Positions 1-7,257 of a stretch of 37,437 bases of DNA are shown piece by piece (the first letter of the stretch is position 1; each line of letters begins with the position of its first letter). Below the pieces are notes generated by a model. The model worked only from the letters and a program-made list of their open reading frames with translations, made no database searches and had not been told where the DNA came from. The translations under genes were made by a program, and so were the position numbers. The stretch lies in IMG/VR virus record IMGVR_UViG_3300030372_001846, positions 1-37,437 of that record; one strand, given 5' to 3'. This stretch comes from a virus. Taxonomy: Duplodnaviria > Caudoviricetes.

Positions 1-969
1 GCATTTTCTAATTGCTTAATTAGACTGCCTTCGGATGTAGGTGATTTTAATGATCTACATTTAGAACAAGGATTAGAAGCTGTAAAGCTAGAAATAGAGG
101 GTGGTGGTTTAGGGATAAGACAATATTCTATTAGAAATTTAGTGGGCAGCCCTCCTCCTGTCCGTTTTTTAGTAGATCGTCTTATTCCTTTATCATCACC
201 TGGAGTTTTTTCTAGCGTTGGAGGGGTAGGAAAAAGCTTTCTATCCCTTCAATTAGCTTTGAATATCGCAAATGGTAATGGGACATTCTTAGGAAAAAAT
301 ATTTTAGAAGCTGGTAACTCCGTTATTTTAAGTTCCGAAGATAACCAAGAAGAAATACATAGACGGATAGATATATTAGACCCAATGGGTAGTCGTTTTA
401 ATGCCTTGTATGATGTTTTTGTGTACACCATAGCCGATAGAGGTAGGCCCATGATATTGTTGAATGAAGATGATATTACTGCACAAGCAACGGAGTTAGT
501 CGAAGAATTAAAAACCATACCAGACTTAAAATTGGTCGTTTTTGATCCAATTCAGGCGTTTGTTGGAGCTAGTTCACCAATTAGCAGTAGTAATGAATCG
601 GCTCAACTGTGGTGTTCTTTTTGTGCCAGTATTTCAGCGCAACTAGGTTGTACTACATTATCAATTCATCATTTTAGTAAGTCTGGTTTAGTCGGTGTAG
701 AAAGTTCTATGGAAGCAAGATCATACATAAGAGGAGCAAGTTCTATTGTTGATGGTATGCGTTTTGCTCTGGCCATGTGGTTAGGCAATGATTGGGAAGA
801 AGTTTGTATTGAGCAAGGAGAAGAACCCAATCCAATGAAAGTAGTAAGGGCAAGTGTAGTTAAGTCAAATAGTGGTGATGTAGATACGTCCGTTATGACG
901 TTGTTTAGAAAAGATGGTTCTCCTGTATTGGATGTATTGGAGAAGGATTCAAAAGTAAAATGGGAATAA
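1..969 (+). CDS. Primase-helicase, 5'-truncated C-terminal RepA/AAA_25-type helicase domain (allele A)
   Basis: Frame is open from base 1 (AFSNCLIRLPSDVGDFNDL...). Walker A GGVGKS, SSED motif, Walker B LVVFDP, G(A)SS motif. Colinear with 36444-37412. Confidence 0.9.
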   Translation, partial: AFSNCLIRLPSDVGDFNDLHLEQGLEAVKLEIEGGGLGIRQYSIRNLVGSPPPVRFLVDRLIPLSSPGVFSSVGGVGKSFLSLQLALNIANGNGTFLGKNILEAGNSVILSSEDNQEEIHRRIDILDPMGSRFNALYDVFVYTIADRGRPMILLNEDDITAQATELVEELKTIPDLKLVVFDPIQAFVGASSPISSSNESAQLWCSFCASISAQLGCTTLSIHHFSKSGLVGVESSMEARSYIRGASSIVDGMRFALAMWLGNDWEEVCIEQGEEPNPMKVVRASVVKSNSGDVDTSVMTLFRKDGSPVLDVLEKDSKVKWE

Positions 970-994
970 TATGAGCAAAGGAGACTGGCAAAGA
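1..994 (+). repeat. Left copy of 994-bp imperfect terminal direct repeat
   Basis: 1-98 is identical to 36444-36541 and 928-994 is identical to the contig end. The interior is colinear without net indels but divergent. Confidence 0.95.
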
Positions 995-1087
995 CCAATA
1001 AAGGATAAGGATAAATTTAACCAAAATTGGGATCGAATATTTAAGAAAAAGAGACCAAAAAAGAATAAGGAGAAAACAATTAAGTGA
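971..1087 (+). CDS. Small basic phage protein, 38 aa (MSKGDWQRPIKDKDKFNQNWDRIFKKK...)
   Basis: ATG 1 nt after the helicase stop. The KG..RP...F..NWDRIF pattern resembles a common phage micro-protein. Not in the ORF track. Confidence 0.65.
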   Translation: MSKGDWQRPIKDKDKFNQNWDRIFKKKRPKKNKEKTIK

Positions 1088-1145
1088 GAAGGTTTTACCC
1101 ATTAAGTGAGTAGAATGTTCCCGTTAAGTGCGTAGAACTTACTCA
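1080..1145 (+). repeat. Three tandem 22-bp imperfect direct repeats (putative replication iterons)
   Basis: TTAAGTGAGAAGGTTTTACCCA / TTAAGTGAGTAGAATGTTCCCG / TTAAGTGCGTAGAACTTACTCA at 1080, 1102 and 1124. Confidence 0.8.
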
Positions 1146-1171
1146 CTCATACATACATAACATATAGAAAA

Positions 1172-1205
1172 GGAAGGAAAACCCCTTTAGGGGGTTTTAC
1201 CTTCC
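1172..1205. other. Strong inverted repeat (terminator or origin hairpin)
   Basis: GGAAGG-AAAACCCC-tttag-GGGGTTTT-a-CCTTCC, downstream of the iterons and an AT-rich spacer. Confidence 0.7.
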
Positions 1206-1315
1206 AAGAGAAGAAAGAGAAGAAATAGGTATGAAAAAACTAAGTAATTTTTATTACAGATTTACAAAGAATCTTATGCTTAGAAATATCTTTAAATATA
1301 ACGAGGAGGGAAAAA

Positions 1316-1684
1316 ATGAAGTGTACTTGTCCTGGTATTGCAAAGAACTTTATTAGAGACATAATCAAGAAGGAATCTGTTAAGGAATATCGTTATCTAT
1401 TTCAATCAAAATTGCATAACTTTATTTTGAATCAGATTGGTATTGCTATGTGTACAAATAAGAATCTTAGTTTTGAGACTCTTTGTGATTCATTACCAAA
1501 GCGTCTTGGTAGTAGAAGCAGTATTTTGTCGGTATTAACAAGTGGAGTCGAAAAGAAATTTTTATATAAGAGTGTCTGTAAGGAAGATAAAAGATTGAGG
1601 GTGTATAAGATGAATAGTAACTTTTTTGAGTTATGGGAAGATCATATGCAGAAGTTAGGCAGGGGTTATAGAGAAGTCGGTTGA
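1316..1684 (+). CDS. Hypothetical protein, probable winged-helix (MarR-like wing)
   Basis: GAGGAGG RBS. The C-terminal SRSSILSVL...FLYKSVCKEDKRLRVYKM has the DxR wing signature of MarR-like wHTH proteins. Confidence 0.55.
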   Translation: MKCTCPGIAKNFIRDIIKKESVKEYRYLFQSKLHNFILNQIGIAMCTNKNLSFETLCDSLPKRLGSRSSILSVLTSGVEKKFLYKSVCKEDKRLRVYKMNSNFFELWEDHMQKLGRGYREVG

Positions 1685-2103
1685 ATAAAGATTATTGGTG
1701 GATCAGTACAGGAGTTCCAGAAAAGGAACATCTGAGCGCAGAAGTACGAGTGAGTATAGCGAAGAAGGGGTATGGAGAGATTAAGAAGGGTGTATGGTCG
1801 TTGTATAGGAGTAGGACGGATAGAAGGGATATTAATAGTAGGGATAAGATGATGTTGTGGGCGATTAGTGAGAAGTATGATGCTAGGAGTATGTCTTGTA
1901 GTTATCCGATTAGTTATTTATCGCAAATGATAGGAGTCAGTCGAAAGACAGGGGGTAAGGCAATAGAGAGGTTGGTAGAGGCAAATATTATTTGGATTGT
2001 GTCGCCTGGGGTCGAGAAAAAGGGGTATAAGAAGTTAGAAGGGGGGACGAGGGTGAAGAAGAACTTTATTTTGGTCGGTTTAAGCCACGAACTTTCTCAG
2101 TAA
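1681..2103 (+). CDS. Helix-turn-helix protein (phage replication-initiator-like N-terminal wHTH)
   Basis: DKMMLWAI...SYPISYLSQMIGVSRKTGGKAIERLVEANII pattern. TTG start overlaps the upstream stop. Confidence 0.6.
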   Translation: MNKDYWWISTGVPEKEHLSAEVRVSIAKKGYGEIKKGVWSLYRSRTDRRDINSRDKMMLWAISEKYDARSMSCSYPISYLSQMIGVSRKTGGKAIERLVEANIIWIVSPGVEKKGYKKLEGGTRVKKNFILVGLSHELSQ

Positions 2104-2120
2104 GGGGGTGGGAAGGGGTC

Positions 2121-2158
2121 GAGGACATTCAAAGATCGGGGGTACTCTAAATGCCCTC
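2121..2158. terminator. Possible bidirectional terminator between convergent genes
   Basis: GAGGACATT...AATGCCCTC imperfect inverted repeat between the stops at 2103 (+) and 2169 (-). Confidence 0.3.
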
Positions 2159-2168
2159 TAAAGGGGTT

Positions 2169-2423
2169 TCATGTTTCTATTTGGTCTGTTTCTATGTATT
2201 TGGATAGCCAATAATGTTTATCTTTGTTAATTTCATCCCAAATTTGTTGTTTCATTTCCATTTGTTCTTGGGTTATGTAGTCCTGTTCTGCGAAGTATGG
2301 ATATATTTCTTTCATACATTCATTAACTGTGCGCTCTAAAGAGTCTTGGATAACTTTGTTTTTAAACTCTCTATTTAGTTTTTTTGACACTATAGAACTT
2401 ATTATTACTTCCTCGTTCTTCAT
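2169..2423 (-). CDS. Hypothetical protein, 84 aa
   Basis: ORF in the leftward cluster; GAGG upstream; overlaps the adjacent gene. Confidence 0.6.
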   Translation of the reverse strand: MKNEEVIISSIVSKKLNREFKNKVIQDSLERTVNECMKEIYPYFAEQDYITQEQMEMKQQIWDEINKDKHYWLSKYIETDQIET

Positions 2424-2643
2424 GTTTTTTTTCCTCGCTGGTTTTTATATCGTTAAACAATTCATTTTTAATCTTTGGCTTTAGGTCTTTAGGTATATCT
2501 TTGGAAAGGATCTCAAGATGGCTTATCTTTGGTTTGAAAGTTTTATGATTGTTTGCTTCATGCCTTACTTGTTCTTTCCAGTTCCAGATAATCGGCTTAT
2601 CCCATAGATCGGTTCTAAAATAAAAGTCTGAGTATTTAATCAT
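2371..2643 (-). CDS. Hypothetical protein, 90 aa
   Basis: ORF in the leftward cluster; TAATG-coupled start. Confidence 0.6.
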   Translation of the reverse strand: MIKYSDFYFRTDLWDKPIIWNWKEQVRHEANNHKTFKPKISHLEILSKDIPKDLKPKIKNELFNDIKTSEEKKHEERGSNNKFYSVKKTK

Positions 2644-2724
2644 TAGGATTGTTGCTCTCTTTTTTTAGAATTGTAAGCCTTTAGTTTAATTTCATAACCT
2701 TTCTTGGCTCTGGTTTTTAGTTTT

Positions 2725-2886
2725 CTATTCTTCATTATTCTCCTCCTCATATTTGGTTTTTACTTGATTAATAAAATCGGTTATCTTTTGTTTATAAACA
2801 CTAGGAACAAAGACTCTTAGCCAAACGTACCCCTTGGCCTTCTTTCTTTCTTCATATGCTTTGTTGTATTCACTCTGTTTTTGCAT
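2725..2886 (-). CDS. Small protein, 53 aa, ribbon-helix-helix-like DNA-binding candidate
   Basis: Manual translation: MQKQSEYNKAYEERKKAKGYVWLRVFVPSVYKQKITDFINQVKTKYEEENNEE. AGGAG RBS; basic helix, then an alternating beta strand (VWLRVFVP), then a helix. Confidence 0.55.
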   Translation of the reverse strand: MQKQSEYNKAYEERKKAKGYVWLRVFVPSVYKQKITDFINQVKTKYEEENNEE

Positions 2887-3022
2887 TTTTAACTTCTCCT
2901 TGCATGAATGCCTTTATGCCTTCATCTATTAATGAAATTGTTTTCTCTTTGGCTCTTTGCTCATCTGGGGTTCTTAGACATACTACAAAGCCATCCTGTA
3001 CTTCTCTTAATACTTTAAACAT
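2870..3022 (-). CDS. Hypothetical protein, 50 aa (MFKVLREVQDGFVVCLRTPDEQRAK...)
   Basis: GGAGG RBS; fills the gap between neighbours with short overlaps; not in the ORF track. Confidence 0.55.
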   Translation of the reverse strand: MFKVLREVQDGFVVCLRTPDEQRAKEKTISLIDEGIKAFMQGEVKNAKTE

Positions 3023-3227
3023 CCTTTAACCTCCCAGAATGCTCCTCTAAATTATTAGAATGAACTCGCCAATATAAAATAAAATTTTCTAATACTTCCA
3101 AATGTTCTGAAATCTTAGTATCTTCTTTTATGTAATGAACTCTATCAGCAATTATTTCATCAATTTCTGTATATGCTCTTTCTAACTTCTGTAAATCATC
3201 TATTAAGAAATTTTTTAATCTACCCAT
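3015..3227 (-). CDS. Hypothetical protein, 70 aa
   Basis: GGAGG RBS; ORF in the leftward cluster. Confidence 0.65.
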   Translation of the reverse strand: MGRLKNFLIDDLQKLERAYTEIDEIIADRVHYIKEDTKISEHLEVLENFILYWRVHSNNLEEHSGRLKDV

Positions 3228-3334
3228 CCCTTAACCTCCCAGCTGGTATAAATATAAATAGAATATTAGACCCATAGCAGTATATAGGCCCAACATATAA
3301 AGGTACTCTTTGAAGTGTTGATTGCGTTTTTTCA

Positions 3335-3697
3335 TTATGCGACCTCCTCTTTTGCGTTGTATTCCATATTTAAGACGCAATCGTTATAGCCAATAACAAA
3401 GCCAAACATTTCCTCTTTACTGTTAAAGCGTTTCAGATCATGTCCGTAGTAATGCCCCAAGGTAATACTATTTTTATTAAATGATAACCCCTCTTTGGCT
3501 ACGCTTGTTTTTGTTGCATAAGAATCATAACCATATTTAATTAAGTTCTTTTCAAATTTTGCACATTCAAAAGCGTAATAATATTTATTATCTCCTCTTA
3601 ATGGAAAGGTTATATTTTCCTTTGCTTCTTTAAATTCTAGCTCTCTTTCTTTGTGAAAGCGTTCTCTCATTTGCTCTAGTGTTTCTTGTGTTGTCAT
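3335..3697 (-). CDS. Hypothetical protein, 120 aa; first gene of the leftward operon
   Basis: GAGGAGG RBS directly downstream of a sigma70-like promoter. Confidence 0.75.
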   Translation of the reverse strand: MTTQETLEQMRERFHKERELEFKEAKENITFPLRGDNKYYYAFECAKFEKNLIKYGYDSYATKTSVAKEGLSFNKNSITLGHYYGHDLKRFNSKEEMFGFVIGYNDCVLNMEYNAKEEVA

Positions 3698-3722
3698 TTG
3701 TTTTCCTCCTCTAGGTTTATAC

Positions 3723-3762
3723 TGACATTAGAATTATCTCATGACATTATAATTAATGTCAA
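3723..3762 (-). promoter_or_regulatory. Leftward sigma70-like promoter overlapped by tandem operator-like palindromes
   Basis: Minus strand TTGACA (3762-3757), 18 nt, GATAAT (3738-3733) with TG extension. Perfect-arm palindrome TGACATTA-taat-TAATGTCA at 3742-3761 and an imperfect copy starting at 3723. Confidence 0.7.
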
Positions 3763-3841
3763 CCCCTAAAGAACAAAAAAAGAACAAAAATACTATAAAA
3801 GGCTATAGAATAAGGATATAAAACAATAAAAAAGTTTAATT

Positions 3842-4384
3842 ATGAGTACGGAAATTGCGAAAAAACCAGGCAGAAAGAGGATTAAAGTAGATAAAGAACA
3901 GGTTTTTAATTTGGCATCTACTGGAATGGGTCGAATGGATATATGCCGATCTATAGGCATTTCCCACGATACTTTAATGCGGAATATTAAAAGAAGTGCG
4001 GAATTTGCGGATGCTTTGCATCAAGGTGAATCACAAGCTGTAAAAAAAGTTAATTCTAAACTAATGCAAAATATCGAGGAAGGACAATTTCAGGCTATCC
4101 AATTCTTTCTACGCAACAAGAGGCCGGAAGAATGGAATAGAGATCAGAAGACAGTAGTAGAACACTCTATTAACCTTAATGACATTATAAGAGATAGAAA
4201 AGTTTTAATAGACAAGGGACAGGTAAGGGACAGAACAGAACAAGAACCAAAGAAAGCTATAACAACAGCCTATAAAGAGGTGGGTCCCGTGGTATTGAAC
4301 CAGAAGACCCAGAAAAATAAAGATTTAAGCGTTGCTCCTTCTTCAAAACCTTCAAACAATGAGCAACTAGAAGGGGAGGATTAA
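3842..4384 (+). CDS. Putative terminase small subunit (HTH)
   Basis: KPGRKRI start, HTH (ICRSIGISHDTL), EFADAL..G, AIQFFLRN..PEEW motif typical of TerS-like proteins; upstream of TerL. Confidence 0.75.
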   Translation: MSTEIAKKPGRKRIKVDKEQVFNLASTGMGRMDICRSIGISHDTLMRNIKRSAEFADALHQGESQAVKKVNSKLMQNIEEGQFQAIQFFLRNKRPEEWNRDQKTVVEHSINLNDIIRDRKVLIDKGQVRDRTEQEPKKAITTAYKEVGPVVLNQKTQKNKDLSVAPSSKPSNNEQLEGED

Positions 4385-4526
4385 TCTTTGCGCTTTCTAC
4401 TCCTCCTCTGATAGCGTAAAGACCCCCCCCTTCGATTCTGGCGAGGTAGTACTTTATATGAAACAGTAAAACTAAAATTTTTATGATTTTTTCTGGTATC
4501 ATGTCAGTACGAAATTTTTGTTAAAT

Positions 4527-4682
4527 ATGGTACGAAGGGCAGCACTTGTAAAACACAGAAGCCAACAGGAGGAAGATCGCCACAAATATAAGCGTACTTC
4601 TATTGGTAATAGCAAAACCAGCTATCCAAGAAACAAGCATAAGAAACGTGCAAAAAAACCATACAGAGGTCAGGGCAGATGA
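4527..4682 (+). CDS. Small basic protein, 51 aa, ending KRTSIG...KKPYRGQGR
   Basis: Manual translation; ATGA-coupled to the next ORF; YRGQG ending is a recurring phage micro-protein motif. Confidence 0.65.
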   Translation: MVRRAALVKHRSQQEEDRHKYKRTSIGNSKTSYPRNKHKKRAKKPYRGQGR

Positions 4683-4828
4683 TCCTATATACAGAACAAC
4701 AACTGAATGACGCATATCAAATAGACCGAAAAGAAAGAACAAGACTTGGTATTCCTTTCACAACACTCGAAGAGTTTAGACCTATTTATGAGAAAATAAT
4801 GACACAAGTTTATATGGATAAAAAATGA
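4679..4828 (+). CDS. Hypothetical protein, 49 aa (MILYTEQQLNDAY...LEEFRPIYE)
   Basis: ATGA overlaps on both sides. Confidence 0.65.
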   Translation: MILYTEQQLNDAYQIDRKERTRLGIPFTTLEEFRPIYEKIMTQVYMDKK

Positions 4829-5715
4829 ACCTATACAAAATTGAAGGCCCATCATTAATTAGTTTTAGCGGAGGAAGGACATCGGGTTTTATGTTGTACC
4901 AAATATTACAAGCACACAACGGCTCTTTGCCTAAAGATGTCCATGTTACTTTTGCCAATACAGGAAAGGAGTGTGAAGAAACATTAGATTTTGTTCGTGA
5001 TTGCGAAGAACATTGGTCTGTTCCTATTACATGGTTGGAACTGGATGTTGATTATACAAAACCCAAAGAAGAAATGATTTTTTACAAAACAGTTAATTAT
5101 AGAACCGCTAGTAGAAAAGGAGAGCCTTTCACAAAACTCATAGAGCATTGGAATAAGGTAAGAGCAACAAAAGATAAAAATAAAATATATGTAGAGCAAG
5201 GCATGGGAATGTTGCCCAACCCTAGAGCAAGGTTTTGTACTGATTATTTAAAAATTAGAGCAATGCGTGATTTCGCTAAAAAAAATAATTACAAACAGTT
5301 TACAAATATTTTGGGACTTAGGTATGACGAACCAAAAAGAGTTAGTAATCAAAAAAAATACCAAACAAGAAACCGAATGTCCCAAATGCCGATGTATGAA
5401 GCAAAACACACAAAACATGATGTGGCTGATTTTTGGACTAAACAAAATTTTGACTTAAAACTACCTATTATTAATGGAGAAACTCCACATGGAAACTGCG
5501 ATCTATGCTTTTTAAAAAGCCACAACAAAATACAGAGTCTTGTAAAAGAAGAACCAAAGAAAGCAGAATGGTGGGCAAATACAGAAAAAAAAGCTAACAA
5601 TGTTTTCAGAAGGGATAGACCTTCTTATTTAAAATACATAGAAATAACACAAACCCAACAAGACTTGTTTTTAGACTTTGAGGACGAAGACATGGATTGT
5701 TTTTGTCACGATTAA
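4825..5715 (+). CDS. PAPS-reductase-family (PP-loop) protein
   Basis: ISFSGGRTS PP-loop, FANTGKE, RFCT..LKI, GLRYDE..R, GNCDLCF, C-terminal CFCHD. Confidence 0.88.
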   Translation: MNLYKIEGPSLISFSGGRTSGFMLYQILQAHNGSLPKDVHVTFANTGKECEETLDFVRDCEEHWSVPITWLELDVDYTKPKEEMIFYKTVNYRTASRKGEPFTKLIEHWNKVRATKDKNKIYVEQGMGMLPNPRARFCTDYLKIRAMRDFAKKNNYKQFTNILGLRYDEPKRVSNQKKYQTRNRMSQMPMYEAKHTKHDVADFWTKQNFDLKLPIINGETPHGNCDLCFLKSHNKIQSLVKEEPKKAEWWANTEKKANNVFRRDRPSYLKYIEITQTQQDLFLDFEDEDMDCFCHD

Positions 5716-5717
5716 TT

Positions 5718-7253
5718 ATGAAATACGGAGCAGAAGCCGAAAAAGAGCTAATGACTGAGCTGTGGTCGCTTAACATAAAAGACGACCCACTAAACTTTGT
5801 TAAATTCGTTTTCCCTTGGGATCAAGAAGGGACCCCCCTCGAAGGTTTTTCGGGACCAAGAGAGTGGCAAGAAAAAATTTTACGAGAAATTACAATGCAC
5901 ATTCAACGAAATCAATCGTTGGAAGATATGCCAGAAATGTTCCGTATGGCCGTTGCCTCTGGACGTGGTATAGGAAAATCAGCCTTAGTTGCTTGGTTGA
6001 TACTATGGATGCTCTCAACCAGACTTGGATCGACCATTATTGTTACAGCCAACACCGAACAACAGCTTCGATCAAGAACATGGGCCGAACTCGGCAAATG
6101 GCTTACCCTATCTATTAACTCTCACTGGTTTCAAAAAACAGCAACCACAATTCGACCCGCCCAATGGTACGAAGAAGCATTAGAAAGAGATTTAAAAATA
6201 GACACAGGCTACTACTATGCACAAGCACAACTCTGGTCAGAAGAAAACCCAGACGCTTTTGCTGGTATTCACTCAAGTTATGGTGTTTGTCTAATCATGG
6301 ACGAAGCATCGGGTATTCCAGCGCCAATATATTCTGTTTCAGAAGGTTTCTTCTCAGAACCAACACCAGATCGTTACTGGTTTACTTTTTCTAACCCCAG
6401 AAGAAATACGGGTCCTTTTTACGACAGTTTTCACTCAAAACGCAGATATTGGAAGAATGAACAAATAGACAGTAGAACAGTAGAAGGTACGGATCAAAAA
6501 TTATTTCAAACCATGTTGGAACAATATGGAGAAGATTCAACTGTAGCAAGGGTAGAGGTATTGGGAGAGTTTCCTAGTGCGGATGACGACACTGTTATTC
6601 CTATGGAGTTAGTAAGAGCAGCTATAGACAGGGACGTGGCTCTTACTGCTTCTGAGCCGATAGTGTGGGGATTAGATGTTGCAAGGTTTGGTGGAGATAA
6701 TTCAGCTTTGTGTGTTAGGCAAGGGAATACTGTGCTTGAAATTAAAACTTTTAATTCAATGGATTTAATGCAACTGTGCGGAGCGATAAAAAATAAATAC
6801 GACGATGAGACCGCAATCAGCAAACCGCAAGAGATTTTGGTTGATGTTATTGGTTTAGGAAGTGGAGTGGTTGATCGCTTGGCCGAACAACAACTTCCCG
6901 TAAGAGGTGTTAATGTTTCCGAAGCTCCAGCGACCAAAAAAAATTATTTAAACTTGCGCGCTGAATTGTGGTTTGCAATAAAAGATTGGTTGGGGCAGCG
7001 AGATTGCCGTCTTCCTAATGATGATGAGCTTGTATCGGAATTAGCTGCCCCTATTTATAAATATACTTCAAGTGGCAAAATAAAAATAGAGTCAAAAGAA
7101 GAAATGAAGAAAAGAGGAATAAAATCACCAGACCGAGCCGATGCGCTTGCATTAACTATGGCAAGTTCGGCTGCCTCATTTAGTGGCAGTCAGAGCTTTA
7201 TGGGGTATAATTTCAGAAAACCATTAACATCAAGAATAATTAGAGTGGGATAA
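5718..7253 (+). CDS. terL: Terminase large subunit
   Basis: Walker A SGRGIGKS, Walker B IMDEASG, SNP motif, nuclease GLDVARFGGD, SPDRADAL. ATG at 5718 is the likely start. Confidence 0.95.
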   Translation: MKYGAEAEKELMTELWSLNIKDDPLNFVKFVFPWDQEGTPLEGFSGPREWQEKILREITMHIQRNQSLEDMPEMFRMAVASGRGIGKSALVAWLILWMLSTRLGSTIIVTANTEQQLRSRTWAELGKWLTLSINSHWFQKTATTIRPAQWYEEALERDLKIDTGYYYAQAQLWSEENPDAFAGIHSSYGVCLIMDEASGIPAPIYSVSEGFFSEPTPDRYWFTFSNPRRNTGPFYDSFHSKRRYWKNEQIDSRTVEGTDQKLFQTMLEQYGEDSTVARVEVLGEFPSADDDTVIPMELVRAAIDRDVALTASEPIVWGLDVARFGGDNSALCVRQGNTVLEIKTFNSMDLMQLCGAIKNKYDDETAISKPQEILVDVIGLGSGVVDRLAEQQLPVRGVNVSEAPATKKNYLNLRAELWFAIKDWLGQRDCRLPNDDELVSELAAPIYKYTSSGKIKIESKEEMKKRGIKSPDRADALALTMASSAASFSGSQSFMGYNFRKPLTSRIIRVG

Positions 7254-7257
7254 ACCT

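Noticed and set aside
1080-1145. CRISPR mini-array
   Set aside because: The repeats are directly tandem with no spacers and are degenerate. The Cas4-like gene is an ordinary phage exonuclease in a recombination module.
1231-1356. 41-aa ORF upstream of the wHTH gene
   Set aside because: Weak RBS, 41-bp overlap with a better-supported gene and no motif; cannot be supported.
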